Positions 1 through 12,739 of a stretch of DNA of 52,607 nucleotides are shown here, piece after piece. The notes under the pieces were generated by a model. The model was not told the origin of the DNA, made no database searches, and saw nothing but the letters and a program-made list of their open reading frames with translations. Source of the stretch: Nemertoderma westbladi. Lineage: Eukaryota > Animalia > Xenacoelomorpha. Where the stretch lies: the NCBI GenBank assembly GCA_032718475.1, contig JAUCBJ010007403.1, positions 1 to 52,607 of the forward strand, written 5' to 3'. The translations under genes were made by a program, and so were the position numbers. Every line of letters begins with the position of its first letter. The stretch's first letter is position 1.

Positions 1-287
1 CCGGGTCGCAATTGTCCGGGTCGGAATTGTCCTGGTCGCAATTGTCCGGGTCGCAATTGTCCGGGTCGGAATTGTCCGGGTCGCAATTGTCCGGGTCGGA
101 ATTGTCCTGGTCGTAATTGTCCGGGTCGGAATTGTCCGGGTCGCAATTGTCCGGGTCGGAATTGTCCGGGTCGGAATTGTCCGGGTCGCAATTGTCCGGG
201 TCGGAATTGTCCGGGTCGCAATTGTCCGGGTCGGAATTGTCCTGGTCGCAATTGTCCTGGTCGCAATTGTCCGGGTCGCAATTGTCC
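1..287. repeat. 15-bp tandem repeat (CCGGGTCG[G/C]AATTGT)n, ~19 copies, runs off the window start
   Basis: Unit is directly visible; it explains the spurious SGSEL/SGSQL ORF 117-383. Confidence 0.95.
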
Positions 288-572
288 GTACACCTTAGTA
301 CACCGTACATGCTACAGGTACTGTATGTCTGCAATTTTTATGGAAATGTATATGCCTTGTTGTTAGGCTCATTGTTACCATAGCAAAGCAATCGTTGAGT
401 TAATTACCTGGGGTCGGTAACTATAGAAATGTACAACCGAAATATGCGTTTGTTTCCATAGTAACTTTGCTTAACTTTAACAATGGTTATTATTATTATT
501 ATTATTATTAATTATAATGTGAGTTAAAATATAATTGCATTATTAATTATTTTGCTAATTAATTATCTTTAG

Positions 573-706
573 AATTAATTAACATCATCGTGTTGTACGG
601 AGTTGAGCCATCGGAGACACCAATTGGAAAAGGAGCTGTAAAGGATATGTATCCGGTTACCAGGGGGGATGCCTTACCGGAGGTATGGGATGCGTCATTC
701 TTTAGG
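573..706 (+). CDS. Internal exon of a hemopexin-repeat protein gene (upstream exons lie outside the window)
   Basis: Branch-like CTAAT plus TCTTTAG acceptor, open frame ...LPEVWDASFFR, donor AGG|GTGAGT at 707. A phase-0 join to the exon at 12740 gives LPEVWDASFFRDDKTLVVFKGKHYYIYD, matching the hemopexin-repeat pattern (LP..DAAF...KTYFFKG..YW.YD). Confidence 0.7.
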
Positions 707-855
707 GTGAGTTGTTGGTGGGTCGATAATAATGTATTGAGAGAGGTCTAAAAGAGAGAACCTTCGCCAAATTTGTTGTTTTTAATCCATCTAAGCTGAT
801 TCCTGGCAGATATCTACTGTACCATAGCATGCGTGTTAAGGGGGGACACTACATT

Positions 856-930
856 AAGCTGGTACAGCATTCATAAAATATATGTAATATATATATAATG
901 CAGCTGCAACGCAGCAAGCCGATCGTAGTA
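856..930 (+). mobile_element. Short 3'-end fragment of RTE LINE family 1
   Basis: Matches the ...CAGCATTC(T/A)TAA...ATGCAGCTGCAA(T/C)GCAGCA..CCGATC-(TAG)n 3' end of the RTE copy at 9869-10000. Confidence 0.65.
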
Positions 931-1018
931 GGGGACGTTTAACAGTCTGTAGTACTCCAGCAGTCCGCTACGGGCGAAATGCCGGCAAGTGAAAACCTTT
1001 CATGCAGCCGATATAAGT

Positions 1019-4000
1019 CACACCACTAGGATCCATCGTTCACACCACTAGGATCCATCGCCCCCCTTGATCAATCGTCCACACCACTAGGATCCATCAT
1101 TCACACCACTAGGATCCATTGTACACACAACTAGGATCCATCGTACACACCACTAGGATCCATCGTTCACACCTCTAGGATCCATCGTACACACCACTAG
1201 GATCCATCGTACACACCACTAGGATACATCGTACACACAAACTAGGATCCATCGTATACACAACTAGGATCAATCGTACACACAACTAGGATCCATCGTC
1301 CATACCACTAGGATCCATCGTACACACAACTAGGATCCATCGTCCACACTACTAGGATCCATCGCACACACCACTAGGATCCATCGTTCACAACTCTAGG
1401 ATCCATCGTACACACAACTAGGATCCATCGTCCGCACCACTAGGATCCAACGTCCACACCACTAGGATCCATCGTTCACACCACTAGGATCCATCGTACA
1501 CACAACTAGGATCCATCGTCCACACCAATAGGATCCATCGTACTCACCACTAGGATCCATCGTACACACCATACTAGGATCCATCGTACACACCCCCAGG
1601 ATCCATCGTACACACCACTAGAATCCATCGTACACACCATACGAGGATCCATCGTACACACCATAGGATCCATCGTTCACACCACTAGGATCCATCGTCC
1701 ACACCACTAGGATCCATCGTCCATACCACTAGGATCCATCGTCCACACCACTAGGATACATCGTACACACCACTAGAATCCATCGTCCACACCACTAGGA
1801 TCCATCGTACACACCACTAGGATCCATCGTCCACACCACTAGGATACATCGTCCACACAGGATCCATCGTCCACACCACAAGGATCCATCGTACACACCA
1901 CTGGGATCCATCGTTAACACTACTAGGATCCATCGTCCACACCACTATGGATCCATCGTACACACCACTAGGATCCATCGTCCACACTACTAGGATCCAT
2001 CGTACACATCACTAGGATCCATCGTCCACACAACTAGGATACATCGTCCTCACAGGATCCATCGTCCACTCCACTAGGATCCATCGTACACACCACTAGG
2101 ATCCATCGTACACACCACTAGGATCCATCATCCACACCACTAGGATACATCGTCCGCACAGGATCAATCGTCCACACCACTAGGATCCATCGTACACACC
2201 ACTAGGATCCATCGTACACACCACTAGGATCCATCGTCCACACCACTAGGATCCATCGTACACACCACTAGGATCCATCGTCCACACCACTAGGATACAT
2301 CGTCCGCACAGGATCAATCGTCCACACCACTAGGATCCATCGTACACACCACTAGGATCCATCGTCCACACTACTAGGATCCATCGTACACACCACTAGG
2401 ATCCATCGTACACACCACTAGGATCCATCGTCCACACAACTAGGATACATCGTCCACACAGGATCCATCGTCCACACCACTAGGATTCATCGTACACACC
2501 ACTAGGATCCATCGTCCACACCACTAGGATCCATGATCGTCCACACCACTAGGATCCATCGTCCACACCACTAGGATCCATCGTACAAACCACTAGGATC
2601 CGTCGTCCCCCACTAGGATTCATCGTCCACACAGGATCCATCGTCCACACCACTAGGATCCATCGTACACACCACTAGAATCCATCGTACATACAAACTA
2701 GGATCCATCGTCCCCACTAGGATTCATCGTACACACCACTAGGATCCATCGTCCAGACCACTAGGATTCATCGTACACACCACTAGGATCAATCGTCCCC
2801 ACTAGGATTCATCGTACACACCACTAGGATCCATCGTCCAGACCACTAGGATTCATCGTACACACCACTAGGATCAATCGTCCACACCACTAGGATCCAT
2901 CGTCCACACAACTAGGATACATCTTCCACATAGGATCCATCGTCCACACCACTAGGATCCGTCGTACACACCACTAGGATCCATCGTACACACCACTAGG
3001 ATACATCGTCCGCACAGGATCAATCGTCCACACCACGAGGATCCATCGTACACACCACTAGGATCCATCGTACACACCACTAGGATCCATCGTCCACACC
3101 ACTAGGATCCATCGTACACACCACTAGGATCCATTGTCCACACCACTAGGATACATCGTCCGCACAGGATCAATCGTCCAGACCACTAGGATCCATCGTA
3201 CACACCACTAGGATCCATCGTCCACACTACTAGGATCCATCGTACACACCACTAGGATCCATCGTACACACCACTAGGATCCATCGCCCACACCACTAGG
3301 ATACATCGTCCACACAGGATCCATCGTCCACACCACTAGGATTCATCGTACACACCACTAGGATCCATCGTCCACACCACTAGGATCCATGATCGTCCAC
3401 ACCACTAGGATCCATCGTCCACACCTCTACAATCCATCGTACACACCACTACAATCCGTCGTCCCCACTAGGTTTCATCGTCCACACAGGATCCATCGTC
3501 CACACCACTAGGATCCATCGTACACACCACTAGAATCCATCGTACACACAAACTAGGATCTATCGTACACACTAGGATTCATCATACACACCACTAGGAT
3601 CCATCATCCACACCACTAGGATTCATCGTACACACCACTAGGATCCATCGTCCACACCACTAGGATACATCGTCCGCACAGGATCAATCGTCCACACCAC
3701 TAGGATCCATCGTACACACCACTAGGATCCATCGTCCACTCTACTAGGATCCATCGTACACACCACTAGGATCCATCGTACACACCACTAGGATCCATCG
3801 TCCACACCACTAGGATACATCGTCCACACAGGATCCATCGTCCACACCACTAGGATCCATCGTCCACACCACTAGGATTCATCGTACACACTACAAGGAT
3901 TCATCGTACACACCACTAGGATCCATCGTCCACACCACTAGGATCCATCGTACACACCACTAGGATCCGTCGTCCCCACTAGGATTCATCGTCCACACAG

Positions 4001-4304
4001 GATCCATCGTCCACACCAGTAGGATCCATCGTACACACCACTAGAATCCATCGTACACACAAACTAGGATCCATCGTACACACAACTAGGACCCGTCGTC
4101 CCCACTAGGATTCATCGTACACACCACTAGAATCCATCGTCCACACCACTAGGATTCATCGTACACACCACTAGGATCCATCGTCCACCCCACTAGGATT
4201 CATCGTACACACCACTAGGATCCATCGTCCACACCACTAGGATCCATCGTCCACACCACTAGGATCCATCGTACACACCACTAGTATCCGTCGTCCCCAC
4301 TAGG
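1019..4304. repeat. 22-bp satellite/minisatellite (CACACCACTAGGATCCATCGT[A/C])n, left part
   Basis: About 150 diverged tandem units, most with a BamHI site GGATCC; contains an 856-bp higher-order duplication. Confidence 0.97.
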
Positions 4305-6347
4305 GGGCAATTCCACAGAAAATGGGACACGACCATGGGAATATAAAAGTCCGGAATCATCAAAATTTGTTATGAAATCGGTGCTGGGGATAGTTGAAAT
4401 GTATGAAAATGGAGAACATATCACTTTTAATGCAACATTAAAATTTTTTCGATGTTTTAAAGTAAAGGCAACATGTTTTTAAGTCGTAGTGAAAAACGGT
4501 ATGTAAATATAATATGCTAAGCAATAGTACTAGATTGCAGACTGGAACGAATATTTTTTGTTTACAAACAGGCAATATGTACACCTTTCATATACTAGAG
4601 ATTTAGGCCTGTGCTACATATTATAAAGCAGAGCATGGCACTCAAAAACATCCCTGAAATCGTGTCCCGGAAGTCACAAAATAGTATGAAAAGTTTCCAT
4701 TAAGAAAATAAATCGGAGTGTATGTGGCAAACAGTGGCAGATTTTCCTAATGTATGACATGGGTCTCCACTGCATATAGATTATTACATCGTAGTGTTAA
4801 CATTGGATGTAGCAATGAGTGATAAAATTTTGTCCCGCGAGTCACATTTCAACACATGTCACACAATTGTCTATATTTCTTATACATAGAAAGTCGCACG
4901 TATTCAAACAATGAAATTACTTTATAGGAAAGTTATAGGCACATCAATCTGTGCAAAATTGTACCATTATTGCAAAAAAATTAATTTTTCTTGTCCAGGA
5001 AGTCACTAAAACCCATCGCGATCGCAGTTTACACCCTTTACCAGCATCTAAAACTGATATTGCAACTCACTTTGCAGCAGCAACTCCTTCGATTGGAATC
5101 TTGTCATCTCACCAAATTACCTTCGTCGATGGCAAACCGGTTATTCATCAATTTAGCAACCCCGTTCACAATGTTCGAACGAACACTGACAGCACTAACC
5201 ATATTGATACCGTGTCTGAAGTACAGGATACTGAGAATTATGTTGTAAACATTGATGCGTCTGTTGTCGAAGTAGGTGATTGGCTACTAGTTTCTGTCCC
5301 TGGAGATAGAGTTGTCAAAAACTTTGTGTCGTTGTTAGTTAAGATTCGTGAGGAGGGGGAACTTGAAGTGCAGTTTGCTTCTCGCATTCGCAGTGATATA
5401 AAACTCCCTGGATCAGCGACCTTCAAGCTAGAGTCAGAGTTTGGGTTGCAGCCGCATCGCTCAGTAGTAAAGGTGTTGGCAAGACCTACGCCTATGGGTG
5501 GTACTGTGAGGAGTCAGAAACTGTATCGTTTTGATATTGGGTCATTTGTTGATGGACACATGCCAGATTAGATAAATTGAATGATAATGATAAATTAGTA
5601 TGATAAATTGTCCCGGTAGTCACAAATTATTATCAGTAAATTGACTAATTTCGTGATTAAATGTAATATATCTCTCTCGATTGTCGTTGTAATACTACTT
5701 GATTTTAGTTCCTTATATCTCGGTACACCGAGATCGTGCTCTAATACTGGACTAACGGGCTAACTTATCAAATATAGATCAATGTCCCAGAAGTCACAAC
5801 AAATCCAAATTCACAGCTAATCTAGGGATTTATTGAATTCATGGGATTAAAATTATTATTTTCGTATAAACATGTATTCACTTCAATCAAACATGGGTAT
5901 AATTAGGATTGTTGAACTATATTGTAAAATGGGACATGCTGTCCCGGTAATCACGTCCCAGCAGTCACACTCAGCAATCTCTGCTGCAGCAACGCCAATT
6001 ACCCTTTGAACTCGGGAATACTCTAAAAACAAACTTTGGTTGTGCTGTGGCAACATAAAATATCATTGAAACCAGTATCTTTCGATGGCTGCTGACAGCA
6101 AATAAATAAAAAAACGGTCGAAAATTCGTGTCTTTTTTCATGTCCCCGTAGTCACACGCATAAAAACGGTCACAAAATGGTTCAAATGATTCATATCATG
6201 ATGTTCTTTATTAATTTTGCAGCCTACATTATCCATGGTTGCATTCCAATAGCAAGTTTTACATATGCTTGTTATACATCTCCTTAAACCATGTTCAAAT
6301 GGAGCAACCTTTGGCCTCTCTGTCCCAGGAGTCACATGGAATTACCC
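4305..6347 (+). mobile_element. Non-autonomous DNA transposon, probably a Sola2-type internal-deletion derivative, inserted in the satellite
   Basis: TIRs GGGCAATTCCA (4305) / TGGAATTACCC (6347); 4-bp TSD TAGG (4301-4304, 6348-6351) that restores the satellite unit. GRG termini with a 4-bp TSD fit Sola2. Repeated internal motif TGTCCCNNNAGTCAC. Confidence 0.8.
4951..5571 (+). pseudogene. C-terminal remnant of a transposase within the DNA transposon
   Basis: No ATG start; VGDWLLV...LEVQF...LARPTPMGGTVRS..YRFD resembles C-terminal regions of invertebrate DNA-transposon proteins; no DDE core visible. Confidence 0.55.
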
Positions 6348-6570
6348 TAGGATTCATCGTCCACACAGGATCCATCGTCCACACCCTTAGTATCCATCGT
6401 ACACACCACTAGAATCCATCGTACACACAAACTAGGATCCATCGTACACACAACTAGGATCCGTCGTCCCCACTAGGATACATCGTACACACAACTAGGA
6501 TCCGTCGTCCCCACAAGGATTCATCGTCCACACCAATAGGATCCGTCGTCCAAACTATTAGGATCCATCG
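6348..6570. repeat. 22-bp satellite, right part
   Basis: The same unit resumes immediately after the TSD. Confidence 0.95.
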
Positions 6571-7364
6571 CCGACCGGTCCCGTAACGTAACACCTCCAT
6601 AGTTCCCAATCAGCCATGTAAACCCCAATTGATCTGCGTTGAATACCAAGACTTATATTTCCGCAGATGTTACAGGAATGGCAATAGCTGTCCACCACGT
6701 TCCCCCCACTATCTAACTGCCAGATAACATTATTATGCACCGCATCCGTAGTACCTGCAGGGTGGGTCTGGGTGTTGGAAATTCTCGGTCATTGTAGATA
6801 GTTTGTACAATACCTCGTTAGTTATGTGAGAGGTGAAGTGACGATTGTGAAGTTATGTCCCATTTCGGTGTTTATAATTATTTTGAGCTGATCTATTATT
6901 TTGATTATTTTGAGCTGACAGAGATCTACTATAGTATAGGCTGTGTCTTGATGGATTGCTGCAACATGTGATTACACATTATTACGTGTAATTAATAATG
7001 TGATTGCAACACATAATTAAATATTATGGTATGTGTTTGGAATGGTAAACATGTTGCACCTTTTTTTGTCACATCTTCTAACAACTGCAAATTCCTCAGT
7101 CTGCATTTCCCAGCGTCCGAAAAAAATATCAATATGGATGAAAATTGATGAATCGGTCAAGAGTTTACACCAGGGGTCTCGTTGTAGACGATGTACCAGT
7201 GGATATAACAAGTCTAGTTTGGAAAACGATCTGCACCCCTCAATTCGTATTCGTATCCCAATCGTGCCGCTATACTTCGACTGCGCTGCTACATATCTAA
7301 CATTTGTCTATATAATCTGTTCGATAAAGATAGTTTTTTGATTTCTCCTGGAAATGCCGGGCAT

Positions 7365-7486
7365 GCATGCTGCATTGCAGCTGCATTATATATATTACAT
7401 ATATATTAAGAATGTTGTGCCGGCTTGTCGACAATATTGCGCCACCATAACACATTATCACCCGTGACATTTGCTAGATCATCCGC
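7365..7486 (-). mobile_element. Short 3'-end fragment of RTE LINE family 1
   Basis: Similar to ~9887-9990 (GCATGCTGCATTGCAGCTGCATT...TGTGCCGGCTTGTCGACAA...TGCTAGATCATCCG). Confidence 0.75.
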
Positions 7487-7498
7487 ACCTACGTAGTC

Positions 7499-8401
7499 AT
7501 GTCATTGACACCCGAGAAGAAGCAGAAGAAATACCAAACGTCCACAATCAGGAATAGCGATGCCCCGCGGTGGTTCGAAGATTTCGAGATTTCCAGTTAC
7601 AAATATGATAAATTGCAGCGAAAATCATTGTATCTACGGGTTAACGATTGGGATAAATATAGTCGCGATGATTTTATAGGCGACGTTCAGATGCCGTTAC
7701 ATTCAGTGGATCTTTCAGAACCGAAGGAATTCTGGCAGGATTTAATTAAAAGATCCGACGATGAACGTGGCGATGTTCTCTTGTCTTTAAGTTACAATCC
7801 TGAAAATCGAAAGCTGAATATAATGGTGTTAAAATGCAGGAATCTAAAAGCTATGGATATTAATGGAAAAAGTGATCCTTTTATTAAAATATGGCTAATT
7901 TTGCATGGTGAGAAAATCGAAAAAGTTAAAACTAATATCAAAAAAAGGGATTTAAATCCATCGTTCAATGAGAAATTTACGTTTGTTATTCCATCGGGAC
8001 TTTTGGTAGAAACTAATTTCGTGATTACGTGTATTGATAAAGACAGGGTAACAAAAGATGACTTAATTGGAAAGTTAATTTTAGGAAGGAAGAGTGGTTA
8101 TACTCAGATGAGACACTGGATGATGATGCTGACCAAACCGCGGACGCAGACACCGATGTGGCACAGACTGATGGCTCCGGAGAAGGTCGGGAAACTACCA
8201 GATACAAAACCTAGGCCTCGCATCGCCGATATAAAAGCTCGAAAAACATCGACGAAAAATGGCGGGAACAATCTCGCGAACCTCGATGTTCTGGCTGGAG
8301 TTCCACAGGGACCATCGCCTTTGCTAAAGAGACGAGAAATGCCGGGCGAAACTGAAAGTAAACATGATTCAAGTGAAGGCGAAACTGGCAATTTAATTTA
8401 G
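7499..8401 (+). CDS. Synaptotagmin-7-like tandem C2A-C2B ORF; intronless and 5'-truncated (possible retrocopy or nested gene exon)
   Basis: C2A VNDWDKYSRDDFIG; C2B MDINGKSDPFIKIWL...KT..KKRDLNPSFNE...DKDRVTKDDLIG...WHRL, with Ca2+-ligand aspartates. Lacks the N-terminal TM segment and the start of C2A; homology ends at ~7487 against the RTE fragment. Confidence 0.8.
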   Translation: MSLTPEKKQKKYQTSTIRNSDAPRWFEDFEISSYKYDKLQRKSLYLRVNDWDKYSRDDFIGDVQMPLHSVDLSEPKEFWQDLIKRSDDERGDVLLSLSYNPENRKLNIMVLKCRNLKAMDINGKSDPFIKIWLILHGEKIEKVKTNIKKRDLNPSFNEKFTFVIPSGLLVETNFVITCIDKDRVTKDDLIGKLILGRKSGYTQMRHWMMMLTKPRTQTPMWHRLMAPEKVGKLPDTKPRPRIADIKARKTSTKNGGNNLANLDVLAGVPQGPSPLLKRREMPGETESKHDSSEGETGNLI

Positions 8402-8596
8402 AAAAATATTTACTGATTTGATTATTAATTGATTATTAAAAGATATCGGTTATTTGTTGTCGGTTAGTTATTGATATATTTATTAGAAAGAGAAAAGACT
8501 TCAAATATAATTCAATAGGCCTACCTGTATGTCCAATTTTGTGAGTAGGCATACTGTAAATTACAATCAGCGAACTCATTTATAATTTCATAGAGT

Positions 8597-8928
8597 AGTC
8601 AAGGGAGGTGGTGGATCTTTAGGGTGATCAAAAGAAACAGTTATTGCCAATATTTCAACCCAAACATGTAGTTAAATACAAATAACAGGCCTTCAACAGG
8701 GCATAGCTCGTACTGTACATACAACTAACTACTGAAACCACCAAACACTACTTGCTATCAGCACTGTATCAGCATATGTACTTAAACTATCAGACTAATA
8801 GTAGTTAGTTGTATGTACAGTACGATCTATGCCCTGTTGAAGGCCTCTTATTTGTATTTTAATACATGTTTGGGTTGAAATATTGGCAATAACTGTTTCT
8901 TTGACCACCCTAAAGACCTCCCTTGACT
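8597..8928. repeat. Inverted repeat, ~130-bp arms with ~65-bp spacer; MITE or inverted Penelope-like pseudo-LTR
   Basis: Arms 8597-~8733 and ~8800-8928 are imperfect reverse complements. Each arm has CCCTGTTGAAGGCC...GGTTGAAATATTGGCAATAA, resembling the hammerhead-like core of Penelope pLTRs. Confidence 0.75.
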
Positions 8929-9868
8929 CATGATGTTTACCCCGGTGACCTGGGCGCGGGACTATCTTTGGAATTATTTCTAATTTTGCTATATATCGCT
9001 ATATAACATGTTCTGGCCCTGAACAGGAAATTTTAACAACAACCGCCCCCACCAAATAATTCCAAATATGAATACCGTTTAGGAAGATTTCTCTAACTTC
9101 TCGAGATAATACTGTCTGTCCGTTTTACTGTTTGGCTGTCCGTCAGTATGTCACCAAAACAATAGAAAACATAGCTACTATCTAAACAATTTCTTATTTG
9201 GATTTTCTTGGTCCATGACTTCATTTCTGATGTCTGTATTCAAACTTGGCCACTTCGTTTATATCTGTATGCTTGTTAGTCTGTCCTTCCATATATTAAA
9301 CCAAAAGCTTGAGTGGCAAACAGATTCCTTAGAGTCATCAAATGTTAAATCTAACACTCGAAATTGATTCTGCGACCAGGGAAACCCGTAAAACTATACT
9401 TTTAGCTAGATGGTGTGCCTTTTCCCTATATTTGACGGACAGATTGTCGGATAGTCAGAATGATAGACTAACAGACTAACAGGCTTTCATCAAAAGCGAA
9501 AATTGACCTCAGAAATGAATTCAGCGACCAGGAAAACCCCCAGAGCAATATTCTTAGCATGGTTTTGTGTTTTTATGTTGCTAGATATATATTGACCGAC
9601 ATTCTCACATATTAACATACAGCTTTTACGCGGGAAGGTTCAAACTTCAAAAGCAATTACATCTCGAGGGTATTTTATATTTTCAAAACACATCCCCTAC
9701 GCCATTTTTCATCAAATTTTAAGTTTTTGGTATCAAATGAATCTACTGTACTATTGTGCACAATAATAAAATTCGAGCAGTTTTTTTAGTTTTGGATTGT
9801 TCATCTGTTATAACGACAAAAACGACAAAAAAACAGTGCATTTTTTGAAAAATTAAAAAATATTTTGA

Positions 9869-10900
9869 CTACTACTACTAGGATCGGCATGCTGCATTGC
9901 AGCTGCATTTTTAAGAATGCTGTGCCGGCTTGTCGACAAAATTGCACCGCCACAACTCCCTATCACCCATGACATTTGCTAGATCATCCGTATCTTCAAG
10001 GCCAGTGTCCTTTAAGATGCGTCTCAAGAAGTCATAGGCTGTTCACCATGCTTATTCACTCCATGAGGCTGCCAATGTACAATATTATGCACTGGCTGGT
10101 CCTCACGGCGAAAGCAATGTCCTGCAAAGCGGAGGCGATTTTGTTCTAGTGTCAAGCTTGGGGGAACCAATGAGACACCTCTAATGTTATATAGTGTCTG
10201 GTTGGAGATGTGTGCATTGTACTTGCCTCAATGAACCCGGCGTAGCATTCTTGTGAATGTGCCATCCAGAGATTTGGTGTCCTCAGCAGTTAGAGCCCGG
10301 CATGGACTACCATTGAGGATTACTGAAACTACTGCTGCTTTAAATAATCGGACCTTAAGTTTCCGATTAATTCTCTGTGACTTCCAAATCCTGGAAAGCC
10401 TATACAAGGCTGCCCATGCCTTTTCCTTACGTATTCGAAGGTCCTCACCTGACTTCCGGATCCATGATCCCAGGTAGCAGAAGCCGTCCACATGGTCAAG
10501 CATACCATCTTTTGAGCTTATGCTCATCCGATCAGAGACTTGCTGAGGACTTTCAAAGTTAACTGTCAGAATTTTGGTCTTTTTGGAGTTAATAAAAAGA
10601 CCAACACTAGAAGCAGCATGTTCTAATGAGCTGAGGAGCCGTTGGGCTCCCTCTAGTGATTCTGAGAGTACTCCTAAGTCATCAGCAAAGTCTAGATCAG
10701 TTAGGTACTTGGCTGGATTTCCTCGACTTCTGGAGCCAGTAGGTGGAGTTATCATCACCCCATCATCATTATGATGAATGACATGCGTAGAACATAGTCA
10801 ACCACAATTATGAATAAGAATGGCGCAAGTGCGTCTCCCTGTAGAACTCCCCATAACACTTCGAATGGTACTGTATCACCGTCAACAGTAGACACAGGCC
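9869..10900 (-). mobile_element. RTE-clade LINE family 1, 5'-truncated and degenerate
   Basis: GVLQGD.LAPFLF, DLDFADDL, FCYLGSW and RLRFAGHC motifs; C-terminus ...MGDRELWRCNFVDKPAQHS*; (TAG)n tail at 9869-9880; stops and frameshifts. Confidence 0.92.
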
Positions 10901-11019
10901 GAACATTTACTCTTCGCTCAATTGCGAAAATTCAAAGATCGTATACTTCTTTACCTAATTATTGTGCGTCAACTAGCTGACGAAGTAAAAGAAGTGATGT
11001 TCTCAGACTATATACGAGG

Positions 11020-11270
11020 GAGTCCAACGGCTCCTCAGCTCATTAGAACATGCTGCTTCTAGTGTTGGTCTTTTTAATAACTCCAGAAAGACCAAAATTT
11101 TGACAGTTAACTTTGAAAGTCCTCAACAAGTCTCTGACCGGATGAGCATAAGCTCCAAGGATGGTATCCTTGATCATGTAGACGACTTCTGTTACCTGGG
11201 ATCATGGATCCGGAAGTCAGGTGAGGACCTTCGAAAACGTAAGGGAAAGGCATGGGCAGCCTTGAATAGA
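11020..11270 (+). mobile_element. RTE family 1 internal fragment
   Basis: Near-identical, inverted, to ~10400-10650 (TVNFESPQQVSDRMSISSKDG...FCYLGSW). Confidence 0.9.
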
Positions 11271-11594
11271 TTTATTATACTAGCTAGTTTTTGCTATTTT
11301 TTTAATAAATATTATAGAAGAAGTGCTAGCTATCAATTTTGATAAAATATCAAAATTAGAAAAAATTAAAATGAAATTATAATTTTTAATTTGATCTAGA
11401 ACACATTTTTTAGTTTTAGATCACATTTTAAATTTTTTAAAATAGCTAGTATTTTCTACTTCTTTTTATAAATGTTTAGAACACGTGTAAGCTACCAATA
11501 TTGATAAATATTTTTTGTTCTAGAACACATTTTTTTGTTCTAGAACATTTTTAGGAAAAAAATTATCATACAACCCTTATTTTAAAAAATTGTT

Positions 11595-11862
11595 TCTATC
11601 GATATTTTTAGTCTCGATATTTTTCAACACTCGATATTTTTCAACACTCGATATTTTTACTCTCGATATTTTTCAACACTCGATATTTTTACTGTCGATA
11701 ATTTTCAACACTCGATATTTTTACTCTCGATATTTTTACTCTCGATATTTTTACTCTCGATATTTTTTGAACTCTCCATATTATCGTTATTTTTCAACAC
11801 TCGATATTTTTACTCGAGTTATTTTTACTCTCGATACTTTTCATGTCTCGATATTTTTCAAT
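11595..11862. repeat. 14-17-bp tandem repeat CTCGATATTTTT(ACT/CAACA)
   Basis: Visible unit; explains the low-complexity ORF 11590-11973. Confidence 0.85.
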
Positions 11863-11904
11863 ATAACCATCAGACCAGTATATGATGGTTCGTCAACATT
11901 TGTG

Positions 11905-12452
11905 TCTTCTGTGAAATTTGAAAGTTCAAAAAGGAGACACACTTGCGCCATTCTTGTTCATAATTGTGGTTAACTATGTTCTACGCATGTCCTTAGATCA
12001 TCATAATGATGATGGGATGATGTTAACTCCACCTACTGGCTCCAGAAGTCGAGGAAATCCTGCCAAGTACCAAACTGATCTAGACTTTGCTGATGACTTA
12101 GGAATATTCTCAGAATCAGTAGAGGAAGCCCAACGGTTCCTCAGCTCATTAGAACATGCTGCTTCTAGTGTTGGTCTTTTTAATAACTCCAGAAAGACCA
12201 AAATTTTCACAGTTAACTTTGAAAGTACTCAGCAAGTCTCTGACCGGATGAGCATAAGCTCAAAGGATGGTATGCTTAAGCATGTTGATGACTTCTGTTA
12301 CCTGTGATCATGGATCCGGAAGTCAGGTGAGGATCTTCGAATACGTAAGGGAAAGGCATCGGCAGCATTAATGGGCTTCCCAGGATTTGGAAGTCACCGA
12401 GAATTAATCGGAAACTTAAGGTCCGATTATTTAGAGCAGCAGTAGTTCCAGT
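11905..12452 (+). mobile_element. RTE family 1 RT fragment, degenerate
   Basis: GDTLAPFLF...DLDFADDL...DDFCYL then a stop; paralogous to 10228-10860. Confidence 0.92.
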
Positions 12453-12739
12453 GAACTAACACCATCATGATCAATTTTAACTATGCATGCATGCATATAG
12501 TAGTATAACAGATGTTATAAAAATTTATACTTAATTGTAATATTGTCTTGCATGACAGTTTTGTTCTAAAATAATTGCACTAAAAATGTTGAATGAAATG
12601 AAAACGAGCTTGTATAGGAAATTTGTTTAGAACTTATATGATTATAATACAATAAATAATATTATTATATTGATATTATTATTACAATTATTATTATTTG
12701 TATGTTATTTTAATTTTAAATTACATATTTTTATTTCAG

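Noticed and set aside
117-383. SGSEL/SGSQL repeat protein
   Set aside because: Translation of the 15-bp tandem repeat with a non-ATG start.
1019-4304. CRISPR-like appearance of the regular short repeats (also 48712-50664)
   Set aside because: Units are head-to-tail with no unique spacers, there are no cas genes, and the context is eukaryotic.
856-7430. Inverted repeats at ~860 and ~7400 seeming to bracket the satellite as one large TIR element
   Set aside because: Both match the 3' end of RTE family 1 (compare 9869-10000 and 45532-45662), so they are more simply independent truncated LINE insertions.
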